Below, in pieces: positions 29,655 through 40,067 of a stretch of 49,729 bases of DNA (position 1 is its first letter; every line of letters begins with the position of its first letter). Where the stretch lies: IMG/VR virus record IMGVR_UViG_3300032102_000006; one strand, given 5' to 3'. The notes below the pieces were generated by a model. That model was given only the letters and a program-made list of their open reading frames with translations. It was not told the DNA's origin and did no database searches. Both the position numbers and the translations under genes were made by a program. This DNA comes from a virus.

Positions 29655-30645
29655 TAATATTTTTGAAGTGTTTAAACCAAGCACTGTAAAATTAAAGGAA
29701 ATTCCGGTAATATTTTTAAGTTTTGATGAGCCTAACGCTGATGAAAACTTTCGACATCTTATTGATAATCACCCTAAACCGCATATGTGCAAAAGAGTGC
29801 ATGGGGTTAAAGGATTCGATGCTGCACATAAAGCAGCAGCTGAAGCAGCAGGCACTGATAGGTTTTTTACAGTTGATGCCGACTGTCAAGTTGATCCTGC
29901 CCTTTGGAAAAAAAGTATCGAGCTAACTAAAGAATTGGCAAGTGCAACATTAAGTTGGAGTAGTAGAAATTTAGTCAATGGTCTAGTCTATGGCAACGGC
30001 GGCGTTAAGCTATGGTTTGCAGAACATGTTAAAAACATGAAGAGTCATGAAGCAGCTGATAAACAGGACGGTAAGAACAATGTTGATTTTTGCTGGGACG
30101 CTGAAAACTACAAGCAAATGAACAATACCTGCGGTATAGTCTATAGTAATGCAAGTCCTAAGCAAGCATTTAGAGCAGGTTTTAGAGAAGGCATTAAAAT
30201 GGGTCTGGACCAAGGGAATAAAGTTGATATAGCCGACTTTAAACACAAGATGTATCCTGCAAATTTTGCACGTTGGCTCATTTGGATGACAGTTGGCAGA
30301 GATGTTGAAAATGGAGCATGGTGTATATATGGAGCACGTTTAGCCGCTTACATGTTGTATGTCGAGAACTTTGACTACACCACTATTGCAGACTACAGCT
30401 GGTTTAATAAATTTTGGAAAGAACAATTAGAAACACTAGCGCACGGGGAATACTTAGAAACGCATAATAAGCAACTTCTCACTGAACTTAGAACAGCACT
30501 AGACCTTCCGTTAGTTGAGCTAGAAGCTGATCAAAGTGTTTGGTTTAAACATGTGCATATTAGTCCTAACAAAGGACAAGGCTGGCCAGCACTGTTGAAC
30601 CAAAGTGCGTTGCCTTTATATGGATTTACTTTACCTAAATTTTAA
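29626..30645 (+). CDS. Glycosyltransferase-like protein (NGLVYGxGG family, copy 3)
   Basis: FLSFDEPNAD, FTVDADC, NGLVYGNGGVKLW and AFRAGFRE. Confidence 0.6.
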   Translation: MSLLNSINSDNIFEVFKPSTVKLKEIPVIFLSFDEPNADENFRHLIDNHPKPHMCKRVHGVKGFDAAHKAAAEAAGTDRFFTVDADCQVDPALWKKSIELTKELASATLSWSSRNLVNGLVYGNGGVKLWFAEHVKNMKSHEAADKQDGKNNVDFCWDAENYKQMNNTCGIVYSNASPKQAFRAGFREGIKMGLDQGNKVDIADFKHKMYPANFARWLIWMTVGRDVENGAWCIYGARLAAYMLYVENFDYTTIADYSWFNKFWKEQLETLAHGEYLETHNKQLLTELRTALDLPLVELEADQSVWFKHVHISPNKGQGWPALLNQSALPLYGFTLPKF

Positions 30646-30647
30646 TA

Positions 30648-31334
30648 ATGACTCCTGTTTATTTTTTATATACAAACGAAGCAAATTTACAAACAAACTG
30701 GGAACGACTGCAACAGTTTGCACCTAAAGCGATTGCAGTAGCAGCAGTTGGTTCGATATTCGAAAGCCATAAGCATATTGCTTCTATGTGCAGTGAATCT
30801 AGTTTTTACGTAGTTGATGCAGACTGCTGGATAGTCGATCGGTTTAGCTTTGATAAAAAAATAGAACTAACACCGCGCAGTGTTGCAGTGTTTAGAGCAA
30901 AGAATCCCATCAACGGATTAGTTTATGGTCATGGGGGTATAAAGCTGTTCAGCAGCGATTGTTTCGGCGTAGAGCGCTTAGACAAGCCCGACATGACCAC
31001 CACATTAGCTGATAGTTATATCAAGGTTAATATATTAGCCAGCGAACATAGATTTAACTACAGCCCATATGCCACTTGGCGAACAGCATTTAGAGAAGCA
31101 ATCAAGTTAAGCGCAGGCATTAATAAAAACAACAATGATCAAGAAAGCCTGGACCGTCTTAACATGTGGCTAAACGCTGGTATAGAAGCAGAGCACGGAT
31201 ACTTTGCTATACAAGGTGCTAGAGCCGGAGAACAGTATGCACGTTCTAAAGCAGCAGACTTCACGCTTGTTAATAATTTTGCGTGGCTAGAAAGCCAATT
31301 CAAAGAATGGACGGGATTAAATGCAGGCAAATGA
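30648..31334 (+). CDS. Glycosyltransferase-like protein (NGLVYGxGG family, copy 4)
   Basis: YVVDADC, NGLVYGHGGIKLF and TWRTAFRE. Confidence 0.6.
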   Translation: MTPVYFLYTNEANLQTNWERLQQFAPKAIAVAAVGSIFESHKHIASMCSESSFYVVDADCWIVDRFSFDKKIELTPRSVAVFRAKNPINGLVYGHGGIKLFSSDCFGVERLDKPDMTTTLADSYIKVNILASEHRFNYSPYATWRTAFREAIKLSAGINKNNNDQESLDRLNMWLNAGIEAEHGYFAIQGARAGEQYARSKAADFTLVNNFAWLESQFKEWTGLNAGK

Positions 31335-32178
31335 CATAACATGGTTATTTGGAGTTGAAAAGTATTTTCATTTTGTACAGGACTCGTCTAAAAAAGAATT
31401 TATACGTAATATTATAAATTTAAAATATGCAGATCCTGCTTCTAAACCATGGAGCTTGCGTAATTTAATTTCTGATGACTATAAGAAATACCCCGAGTTG
31501 CAACGAGAAGATCGTTTAAATTTTTACACTAAAGTATGTTCAGTCAATGAAATTACTACAGAAGAAATAACGTTTGCACTTCGTTCGATTTGGCCCGATG
31601 ATTCTATTGTGTGCAAGTTGAATAAGATAATGGAATTAGGCTACGGCGATTTACTTCCTGTTATATTTTCTAAAAGTCAAGTATTGAGTAAGATTTGGAT
31701 GGCTGAAATTCTTTCTAAATTCGATACTAAATTTAACACCATCCTATTGATCGGCGGCTGGCTAACACATCATACATGGTATCTAACTGACTTAAAATTT
31801 AATACCTTATATAGCATAGACCCTGATAACAGCATAAACGATCTAGTAGCAGAAGTAAATCCCGGCGCGTTTGTTTTAAATAAAGATGTAATAGACTGTT
31901 TTGATTCTAACAATAGATTGTCTTTTTACAATAAGACTTTAGATGCAGATTTAATTATTAACACCAGTAGCGAACATATGGATCAACAATGGTTCGAACG
32001 GTTGCCGATTGGTTCTCGTGTGTTTATCGAAGGTAACAATTATTCTATACCGGAACATATTAACTATTCTCATTCTTTTGATAATTTTATAGAAAAATAC
32101 CCTATGACCACAACGTTATATAAGGGTGAATTGACTTTGCAAAATTATTCTAGATATGCAATTTACGGAATCAAATAA
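31321..32178 (+). CDS. Class I SAM-dependent methyltransferase-like protein
   Basis: ILLIGGW (motif I-like), SIDPD and DLIINTSSEH in the C-terminal half. Confidence 0.5.
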   Translation: MQANDITWLFGVEKYFHFVQDSSKKEFIRNIINLKYADPASKPWSLRNLISDDYKKYPELQREDRLNFYTKVCSVNEITTEEITFALRSIWPDDSIVCKLNKIMELGYGDLLPVIFSKSQVLSKIWMAEILSKFDTKFNTILLIGGWLTHHTWYLTDLKFNTLYSIDPDNSINDLVAEVNPGAFVLNKDVIDCFDSNNRLSFYNKTLDADLIINTSSEHMDQQWFERLPIGSRVFIEGNNYSIPEHINYSHSFDNFIEKYPMTTTLYKGELTLQNYSRYAIYGIK

Positions 32179-33350
32179 TGTATCATTATAATGAAATAAC
32201 TACAGTGCATTTAGAAATGACAGAAGCATGTAATGCCAGCTGCCCTATGTGCGCAAGGAACCTAAACGGCGGAGAAGTAAGCCCTTTGCTACATGGTGCA
32301 GAATTGTCTATTGCAGATATAGAGCATATATTTTCCGTTGAATTTATTCAACAGTTAAACCGTTTATACATGTGCGGCAACTATGGAGATCCGGCTGTAG
32401 CAAGTGACACACTAGAAGCGTTTGCTTACTTTAGAGAACATAATCCTAAAATAAATTTAAGCATGCATACGAACGGCAGTATGAAGAAACCTGAATGGTG
32501 GGCAGAACTAGCACAGGTCATTAATGGCCGTGGACATGTAGTATTCGGGATTGACGGGCTAGAGGATACAAATCATTTATATAGACAAGGCACTGTTTTT
32601 AAAAAGATAATGGAAAACGCTGCGGCATTTATTCAAGCAGGCGGTCGGGCACGCTGGGATTATATTGTCTTTGCACACAATGAGCACCAAGTAAAAGAAG
32701 CCCGTGCTCTAGCTGAACAAATGGGTTTTGAAAAGTTTAATATCAAAAAGTCTAATAGATTCTTTAGTAATACTCGCGGTGAAGTCAAACAAGAGCATCA
32801 AGCAGGAAATCGTAAAGGAGCAGCAACTACTCTGCTGGCTATGCCCTCTAATCCTGAGTATCACAACCAAGCTATTAAAAAACTCAGTGATATTACAAAA
32901 GGGCAACAGTCTGATCCTTATCAACTTATCACAACTGTTGCAGAACTAGAAGGACGTGTTGGTAGTCAAAAGTTTAACACAGATCCTGATAAGAAAAAGC
33001 CTATGGAAAAATATTGGGACTCTGTTCCTATTAAGTGCAAGGTAGCAGAAGAAAAAAGCATTTACATTACAGCCGAAGGCTACTTACAACCTTGCTGCTG
33101 GACTGCTGGGCAAATGTATGTTTGGTATTGGAAAAACCGTGGCGGACAAATTTGGGATGCAATAGATCGAGCAGGTTTAGATACACTTGACTTAAAAAAG
33201 ATATCACTTGAGCAGGCTATAGAAGGACAGTTTATGCAGGAAGTTGTACCCAATAGTTGGAACAAGCCTAGTTGTGCAGAAGGTAAATTAGCAGTATGTG
33301 CCAAGACATGCGGAACTAAATATGATGTATTTGCAGAACAATTTAAATGA
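32178..33350 (+). CDS. Radical SAM enzyme with C-terminal SPASM/Twitch-like domain
   Basis: CNASCPMC, GNYGDP and TNG. C-terminal C...PCC...CAKTC. Confidence 0.9.
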   Translation: MYHYNEITTVHLEMTEACNASCPMCARNLNGGEVSPLLHGAELSIADIEHIFSVEFIQQLNRLYMCGNYGDPAVASDTLEAFAYFREHNPKINLSMHTNGSMKKPEWWAELAQVINGRGHVVFGIDGLEDTNHLYRQGTVFKKIMENAAAFIQAGGRARWDYIVFAHNEHQVKEARALAEQMGFEKFNIKKSNRFFSNTRGEVKQEHQAGNRKGAATTLLAMPSNPEYHNQAIKKLSDITKGQQSDPYQLITTVAELEGRVGSQKFNTDPDKKKPMEKYWDSVPIKCKVAEEKSIYITAEGYLQPCCWTAGQMYVWYWKNRGGQIWDAIDRAGLDTLDLKKISLEQAIEGQFMQEVVPNSWNKPSCAEGKLAVCAKTCGTKYDVFAEQFK

Positions 33351-34474
33351 AATTAAAAGACGTTAAAAAAGTAGAATTAGAAATTACAAGCAACTGTAAT
33401 GCAGCTTGCCCTGGTTGTGCAAGAACACAAAATTTAGACCTTATAACTATAGATACAGTAACATTAGCAGACATAATTAATATGTTTCCTGACGAAGAAT
33501 CTATAGAAGATAAACGTTTTAAATTTTGCGGAGTATTAGGCGACCCTATTATCAATAAAGAATGTTTAGATATTGTAACTTATCTAGTAGCACATGGCGG
33601 ACATTGTCAATTGAGTACAAATGCCGGACTACGCGATGCAGAATTTTGGTCGTCACTGGGTAGTTTAAGCCTGCATACTGGGAGAGTAGATATTAATTTC
33701 TGTATCGATGGACACAGAGAAACTAATCACATTTATCGTATTAATACAGACTGGGATGTTATCGAACGTAATATAGAAGCGTATTCAGCAGCCGGTAACA
33801 AACAAGCATTGGGTACTTGGGTGTACATTGTATTTGATCATAACGAGCGAGAAGTAGAAATAGCGCAGGCACATGCAGAACGTTTAGGTTTTACATTTGC
33901 TACAAGAACTGGCATGCGAAATAGTCTGCACAACTGGGTTAGTGATCTTAAGAAAAAGGATAAAAAGACACGAAAAGTAACAGAACAACACACGGTTATC
34001 ACTACCACTGGAAACAAAGAACATAGTAAAAAAGAATTAGTGCAAGCACTTGACCAGTTTATTAGTATTGCAAATAAAAAGAAAAAAACTCCTCCTCCAA
34101 ATGTTATGATGATGCTAACAGACGACGACTATGATAAGAAAAAACAAGAAGTTATTGATAGCATCAAATGCAAGATGATACATGAAGACGAAATTTTTAT
34201 TGCAAGCAATATGACACTATGGCCATGTTGTTTCCTCTGGGATAATGCTTTTAAGAATAAAGAAAACATAAACGAAAAACTTGGTATATTCGAAGAAGGG
34301 TGGAACGATCTACGCAAGCATAGCGTAGATGAAATTATGGCTCATCCTTGGTTTAGTAAGATTTTAGGGGACAGCTGGGATCCAGACCATCCCTTACACT
34401 TTAGCCGATGCATTAGAACATGTGCTTACAATAAAGCATATCAAAACGAATTTAATTATAAAGATAAAAAATAA
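33347..34474 (+). CDS. Radical SAM enzyme with C-terminal SPASM/Twitch-like domain
   Basis: CNAACPGC and GVLGDP. C-terminal C...PCC...CIRTC; paralog of the previous gene. Confidence 0.9.
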   Translation: MKLKDVKKVELEITSNCNAACPGCARTQNLDLITIDTVTLADIINMFPDEESIEDKRFKFCGVLGDPIINKECLDIVTYLVAHGGHCQLSTNAGLRDAEFWSSLGSLSLHTGRVDINFCIDGHRETNHIYRINTDWDVIERNIEAYSAAGNKQALGTWVYIVFDHNEREVEIAQAHAERLGFTFATRTGMRNSLHNWVSDLKKKDKKTRKVTEQHTVITTTGNKEHSKKELVQALDQFISIANKKKKTPPPNVMMMLTDDDYDKKKQEVIDSIKCKMIHEDEIFIASNMTLWPCCFLWDNAFKNKENINEKLGIFEEGWNDLRKHSVDEIMAHPWFSKILGDSWDPDHPLHFSRCIRTCAYNKAYQNEFNYKDKK

Positions 34475-35872
34475 ATGGCAAATTTACCTAGCAAAACATT
34501 TTGTATTCTTCCGTGGGTACATTTAAGCACTCGCCCAAACGGCCATATGCGCGTATGCTGTACTGCAAATGCTAGCAGCGTAGGTCCAACAAACGATAAA
34601 GTACATGGCGGCGAAGTTGGTGTGCTCAAAAATGATGATGGCAAGCCAGCAAACTTAAACGTAACTGATTTTTTAAGTAGTTGGAATAATACCTACATGA
34701 AAAATACTCGTCTTAAAATGCTAGCAGGCGAAGAGCCTCCTAGTTGCACCAAGTGTTACAAAGAAGAACGTGAAGGTCATAAGAGTAAGCGCCAATGGGA
34801 AACATCCTACTGGGCTCAACGAGTAAATGTTGATAAGCTAGTTGCTGATACCGCAGAAGACGGGAGCATTCCGCCGCAGATTACCTACATAGACATGCGC
34901 TTTGGCACCAAGTGTAACCTAGCCTGTGTTATGTGCAGCCCGCACGATAGTAGCCTTTGGGTGCCAGAGTGGAACGCAGTTTATCCTACTATCGAGAACG
35001 CAACTTTGAAAGAAACAATGGGTTGGAACAACAAAGGTAAGGAAAATGGAGCTAGCTATAACTGGCACAAGAACAACCCTAAGTTCTGGGAACAGTTGTG
35101 GGAACAAGTACCCAACATGAAACAGCTTTACTTTGCTGGCGGGGAACCTTTGATCATTGAAGAACACTATAAGATTCTGGAGCAATGTATCAAACAGGGC
35201 TATGCAAAGGACATGGAAATACGTTATAATAGCAATGGCGTAGAGTGGCGCGAAGATTTATTTGAGCTATGGAGTCATTTTAAACTAGTTCGTTTCCACT
35301 ACAGTGTTGATGCAGTTGGCGAGCGTAATGATTACATTCGCTATCCGAGTAAGTGGGATCGCAACCTAGAGGCATTTAGGCAATTGGATGAAGAGACCGG
35401 TGACAACGTAGAAGTGACTATTGCATGTGCAGTGCAGGCGCTAAACATTTACTACATTCCAGAATTCCTAAAGTGGAAATTAGAGCATGGGTTTAAAAAG
35501 ATTAACATGTGGCCATTTGGCGCCGGCGGAGTCAACTATCACTTTGTCTATCACCCACCACACCTAAACGTTAAAGTACTGCCAATGTGGTTTAAGGATG
35601 AGATTGAACGCAAGTACGAAGAGTTTATCCCATGGTGGCAAGCTAATTGGGAAAAGGGTGTTCCGGAATGGCACATTGGCAAGGTAACACAGGAAATGTT
35701 TGATAAGGCAGACTACGGTGTAGATCGTCTACGCGGCATGGTTCGCTTTGCTAAGAGTGAGGACTGGAGCAATAGACTTCCTGAAATGAAAGAGTATTTA
35801 GAAAAGTTAGATGCACATCGAGGCACCAACTTTTATGAAACGTTTCCCGAAATGAAGGATATATTTAAATGA
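34475..35872 (+). CDS. Radical SAM enzyme with N-terminal Twitch/SPASM-like domain
   Basis: FCILPW...RVCC...CTKC, then CNLACVMC and AGGEP. Confidence 0.9.
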   Translation: MANLPSKTFCILPWVHLSTRPNGHMRVCCTANASSVGPTNDKVHGGEVGVLKNDDGKPANLNVTDFLSSWNNTYMKNTRLKMLAGEEPPSCTKCYKEEREGHKSKRQWETSYWAQRVNVDKLVADTAEDGSIPPQITYIDMRFGTKCNLACVMCSPHDSSLWVPEWNAVYPTIENATLKETMGWNNKGKENGASYNWHKNNPKFWEQLWEQVPNMKQLYFAGGEPLIIEEHYKILEQCIKQGYAKDMEIRYNSNGVEWREDLFELWSHFKLVRFHYSVDAVGERNDYIRYPSKWDRNLEAFRQLDEETGDNVEVTIACAVQALNIYYIPEFLKWKLEHGFKKINMWPFGAGGVNYHFVYHPPHLNVKVLPMWFKDEIERKYEEFIPWWQANWEKGVPEWHIGKVTQEMFDKADYGVDRLRGMVRFAKSEDWSNRLPEMKEYLEKLDAHRGTNFYETFPEMKDIFK

Positions 35873-37200
35873 GCGGACCGATAAAATGTTTTTACACCCT
35901 AGGCGGCTTAAATTACAAAAATGGTTTTGTAACTAGTTGCCCTCAACAGAGCGATCAATTACACATAATTGAAAATGCTAATCTAATTAAGCCTAGCGAT
36001 ATTTTAAATAGCAACGGCTTTAAAAACCACAGGTTGGAAATGATGTCGGGTAACTGGAGTAGCGGTTGTCATTTATGCAAAGATGTAGAGCAATCAAATG
36101 CAGGCCGCAGTATGCGAGCTGACTACTCGGCAATAGAAGATGACTATGATGTAACAACCGGTGCTATTAAGTTCACTGGCTTACGGCATGTCGAATTACG
36201 TTTTAGTAATGCATGTAATATGGCTTGTTTGCACTGTAGCGAAGTGTATAGCAGTGGGTGGATGTCTAAGCTCAAACATTATAACGCTGATAAAGAAGAC
36301 TGGTCTAATAATTTAATTCAACTAACCAAAACTATGCATAGGTCCAGTCCCGACGACGATATGAGTATAAGCATTAGCATAGAAGAGATGACTGAAATTG
36401 TCAACGACTTAAATGACAATTTTCCAAATATAGAAAAAGTAGATTTTGCAGGCGGTGAAGTATTGTACCAAAAACAGTTCTTTCCTTGTTTGGAATTACT
36501 AGGTCAACACCCAAACGCTAAAAACATGACGTTGTGTTTTCATTCTAATTTCAATGCTAAATTTGATCCTGTTCGTTTATACGAATTATTAAGTGTCTTC
36601 GGTAAAGTTACTATTATGTTGAGTATAGACAGCGGCAGAAACATATATCCTTACTTTAGAACTGGTAATTGGGATGTACTAAAATCTAATGTTGATACGT
36701 TCAAAGCACTAGACAAGAGAAAAAAGATGGATATAAATTTAGTTTGCACAACTAGCGTTTATCAAATTATGGACATCGAAAATATTATAGAGAGTTTTCT
36801 CAGTTTAGATATAGATTGGATTAAAAGTAGCATTGTATATACGCCTAAATATTTAAATCCAGCAATTCTTATGCATAATTTTGAAGAGTATATTCGACAA
36901 GACTTGCAAGCAGCACGCTTACTTGTTGATGCAGAAAAAATAAAAAGATTTGCTAACATAGAAGTGTATTCTAAGTTAAGATCGTGGAGGAAAGGAAAGC
37001 AACATTTTGCAGACATTGACAGTGCATATACTGCACTAGACGGGATAGAGGATTATATTTTTAATCATAAAGCAGAAGTAAATCAGTACGAAGCATTCTT
37101 AGTTTATATCAAGAAGACTGATTTGATTTGGAAACAAAATTTTAATGATCATTTTGTTAAGTACAAATACGAAAATAATAAAATAGTTAGGAAAGAATAA
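35869..37200 (+). CDS. Radical SAM enzyme with N-terminal Twitch/SPASM-like domain
   Basis: C...SC...CHLC, then CNMACLHC and AGGEV. Confidence 0.88.
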   Translation: MSGPIKCFYTLGGLNYKNGFVTSCPQQSDQLHIIENANLIKPSDILNSNGFKNHRLEMMSGNWSSGCHLCKDVEQSNAGRSMRADYSAIEDDYDVTTGAIKFTGLRHVELRFSNACNMACLHCSEVYSSGWMSKLKHYNADKEDWSNNLIQLTKTMHRSSPDDDMSISISIEEMTEIVNDLNDNFPNIEKVDFAGGEVLYQKQFFPCLELLGQHPNAKNMTLCFHSNFNAKFDPVRLYELLSVFGKVTIMLSIDSGRNIYPYFRTGNWDVLKSNVDTFKALDKRKKMDINLVCTTSVYQIMDIENIIESFLSLDIDWIKSSIVYTPKYLNPAILMHNFEEYIRQDLQAARLLVDAEKIKRFANIEVYSKLRSWRKGKQHFADIDSAYTALDGIEDYIFNHKAEVNQYEAFLVYIKKTDLIWKQNFNDHFVKYKYENNKIVRKE

Positions 37201-38039
37201 TGATGGATTTTACAGCATCAAATAAATTGTACGCATCTGCGGATCCTGCGTTAGGAATTAATCTTTATAAGTTCGACGGTTTAGATATACCATTCAACCC
37301 CGACTGGAAGAACATTGGTATTAATCTAAGCGGCGGCGCCGATAGTAGTTGCTTGTTAATGTTATTAAGTAAAATAATATTGCAAACAGGAAGCAAATGC
37401 CGTGTGCATGTAATTCAGCATCACCGTTGCTGGAATATTCGCCCATGGCAATCGTTTATTGCACAACAGGTATTTGATAAATTTCAATCTTTGTTTCCTG
37501 GCATAGAATACATACGCTATAAAAATTTTATCCCTGTGTCATTAGAATGGGGCGTTCTTGGTCCTATTACTAAAGATGCTAAAGGTCGTGATCGCAGCGG
37601 AGATCAGATTATAGTAGATGAATTTAACGAATACGTTATGTATAACGAAAACTTAGACGCTTTGTATAACGGTACTAGTCGCAACCCTGATGTTGATCTT
37701 CCGCACAAAATGATGAACAGAGAAAAGGCGCCCGAAGAAGGAGAATTACGCGACTTAATGCTTAAAAAGCGCAAGGGAATAGTTTTATTGCCATTTAAGT
37801 TTGTTCGCAAGGACTGGATCGTTGCAGAATTTTATCGACAAGGACTGGAAGATTTGTACAACACAACTCGTAGTTGTGAAGGAAACGTTGGTCATCCTAC
37901 TAGTGCAGACATAATCCTTTCGCTCGATGACTACAAGCCCGGAATGTACGTTCCGTTATGTAATGAATGTTTCTGGTGCTTAGAAAGAAACTGGGCAGAC
38001 GGCAAACTACAAGAAACACTTGCAAAATTCAATGACTAA
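37200..38039 (+). CDS. QueC-like PP-loop ATPase (adenine nucleotide alpha-hydrolase)
   Basis: NLSGGADS PP-loop and TRSC...CNECFWCLER Zn-site pattern. Confidence 0.7.
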   Translation: MMDFTASNKLYASADPALGINLYKFDGLDIPFNPDWKNIGINLSGGADSSCLLMLLSKIILQTGSKCRVHVIQHHRCWNIRPWQSFIAQQVFDKFQSLFPGIEYIRYKNFIPVSLEWGVLGPITKDAKGRDRSGDQIIVDEFNEYVMYNENLDALYNGTSRNPDVDLPHKMMNREKAPEEGELRDLMLKKRKGIVLLPFKFVRKDWIVAEFYRQGLEDLYNTTRSCEGNVGHPTSADIILSLDDYKPGMYVPLCNECFWCLERNWADGKLQETLAKFND

Positions 38040-39342
38040 TACTTTTTGCCCTATACCTTGGAACTTTCAAGCTATACGTGCCAATGGCGACGTGCGTATT
38101 TGCTGTCAAGCCAACGTAACTAATAACCAAGGTGTTATCCGCAAGGCAGATGGTTCTGCTTATAATGCAGGCCGTGATGACTTGCTCAAGGCACGTAATG
38201 CAGAACTAATGAAGATAGTTCGTAAAAATATGTTAGCGGGAGAGTGGAGTGAAGAATGTGGTCGTTGTAAAAGTGAAGAAGCAAACGGATTGGTTAGTAG
38301 ACGTAGTTATGAAAATCAACAATGGCCTATGCAGATTGAGACGGTTGCGAATAGAACAGCCAAGGACGGAAGCATAAACGTAAACGACTTTCCTGTACAT
38401 TACTATGACTTACGCTTTGGTAACTTCTGTAACTTGAAGTGCCGCATGTGCGGTCCAACGGATAGTAATGCCTGGTATGATGATTGGATCGAACTAACTG
38501 GCACTAGCGAGTTTAAAGATACAGGCGGTATCGTACAAATAACAAAAACAGATAAAGGCTACGATGTTCCCCAGTTTGATTGGTGCAATCACGAGCCATT
38601 TTGGGAACAGCTAGAAAAGAACATGCATAATATTGAGCATGTTTATTTTGCAGGTGGCGAACCAATGCTGATCGAACGACATTACGATTTCCTTGAGCGT
38701 TGCGTTAACAGTGGCGCAGCCGAGAAAATGGTTATTGAATACAATACTAATATGAGCACAGTGCCTACTAGAGTATTAAACCTTTGGGCACAGTTTAAGC
38801 AAGTGCGTGTAGGTGCAAGTGTCGACGGCATGGGCGCAGTGTTAGAATATCAACGCAATCCTGCCAAGTGGGGTAAAGTATTAGCAAACTTATACAAAGT
38901 CGATGCGCTACCTAATAACGTTATCAGTTGGCTTGCTTTTACAGTTACAGCTTATAATGTATTGCATATGATTGACTTTATGAAATGGAAGCTAACTGAA
39001 AGTAAATTTAAGCGAATAAACAGTAGCAACCGTAGACCTATAGTAACATATCATGTTGCCCATCATCCAAAGCATTTAAACATCCGTGTATTGCCTGCAG
39101 AATTTAAACAAGAAGTAGCTCACCGCTATGCTGAGTTTTTGCAATGGGTAGAACAAGGCAACTTCAATGAGCATGTCGAGCGTCATGCAAAAGAAATTGC
39201 TAATGGTGTAGTTAGTTATATGTCAAGTGAAGACTATCACGATAAACACTGGCACGAGTTTGTTAAATACACAGAAGATTTAGACCGTATCCGCGGCGAA
39301 TCTGTTACATATATAGAACCAGAATTTAAAAAATACATATGA
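38032..39342 (+). CDS. Radical SAM enzyme with N-terminal Twitch/SPASM-like domain
   Basis: FCPIPW...RICC...CGRC, then CNLKCRMC and AGGEP. Confidence 0.9.
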   Translation: MTNTFCPIPWNFQAIRANGDVRICCQANVTNNQGVIRKADGSAYNAGRDDLLKARNAELMKIVRKNMLAGEWSEECGRCKSEEANGLVSRRSYENQQWPMQIETVANRTAKDGSINVNDFPVHYYDLRFGNFCNLKCRMCGPTDSNAWYDDWIELTGTSEFKDTGGIVQITKTDKGYDVPQFDWCNHEPFWEQLEKNMHNIEHVYFAGGEPMLIERHYDFLERCVNSGAAEKMVIEYNTNMSTVPTRVLNLWAQFKQVRVGASVDGMGAVLEYQRNPAKWGKVLANLYKVDALPNNVISWLAFTVTAYNVLHMIDFMKWKLTESKFKRINSSNRRPIVTYHVAHHPKHLNIRVLPAEFKQEVAHRYAEFLQWVEQGNFNEHVERHAKEIANGVVSYMSSEDYHDKHWHEFVKYTEDLDRIRGESVTYIEPEFKKYI

Positions 39343-40067
39343 GCGATTTAATCTCAAATTACAAAACACTAGACTTGCTAACCGGAAGTGTTTTCCAAGT
39401 TACATGGGACCTTGGTCGCAGATGCAACTATGATTGCAGCTACTGCCCTGCAATTAGGCATGACAATTTTAGTTCCCATGCAAGTCTAGAAGAACTTAAG
39501 AAAAATGCAGACTTTGTTTTCAAATATATTAGTTTGTATATGAAATATCGTAACTATAAAGAAGCAAGCATCAGTTTTACTGGCGGTGAGCCAACAGTTA
39601 ATCCAAACTTTATTGAGTTTATTAAATATTTGAACGAAACGTATGAAACAAACTATAAAGATCAATTTGTATGTACATTTGCATTAACAAGTAACGGAGC
39701 AATGAGTCCTAAAATGGCAGATGCAATTGTTGAGCATATGAGTCACATTACAATAAGTTATCACACAGAAGCAGATCAAAGTATCAAGGACAATGTGCTA
39801 GAGAGAATTCAACAAATTTATACTAACGGTCCTGCAAAATGGTGCACCGTTAGTATAAATGTAATGTTTCACGCTCAGTATTTTGATGAATGTGTTAAAG
39901 TTTGCGAATTTTTGGATAGTAAAGGCATCGGTTATGTTCCGCGGGTCATAGGGGAAGAACCTGATAGCCGACCTAGTTTTGCACATAAATATTCCGATGA
40001 GCAGCTCAAGTGGATGAAAGACTACTGGGCAAAGAAAAATAAAAAGGTACAGGAACAACATGGCTGA
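39339..40067 (+). CDS. Radical SAM core domain protein (no own C-terminal auxiliary domain)
   Basis: WDLGRRCNYDCSYC, TGGEP and TSNG. Confidence 0.88.
   Translation: MSDLISNYKTLDLLTGSVFQVTWDLGRRCNYDCSYCPAIRHDNFSSHASLEELKKNADFVFKYISLYMKYRNYKEASISFTGGEPTVNPNFIEFIKYLNETYETNYKDQFVCTFALTSNGAMSPKMADAIVEHMSHITISYHTEADQSIKDNVLERIQQIYTNGPAKWCTVSINVMFHAQYFDECVKVCEFLDSKGIGYVPRVIGEEPDSRPSFAHKYSDEQLKWMKDYWAKKNKKVQEQHG

Noticed and set aside
37200-38039. 7-deazaguanine DNA modification pathway; gene symbol queC
   Set aside because: No FolE, QueD or DpdA is recognisable in the window; only fold-level similarity is supported.
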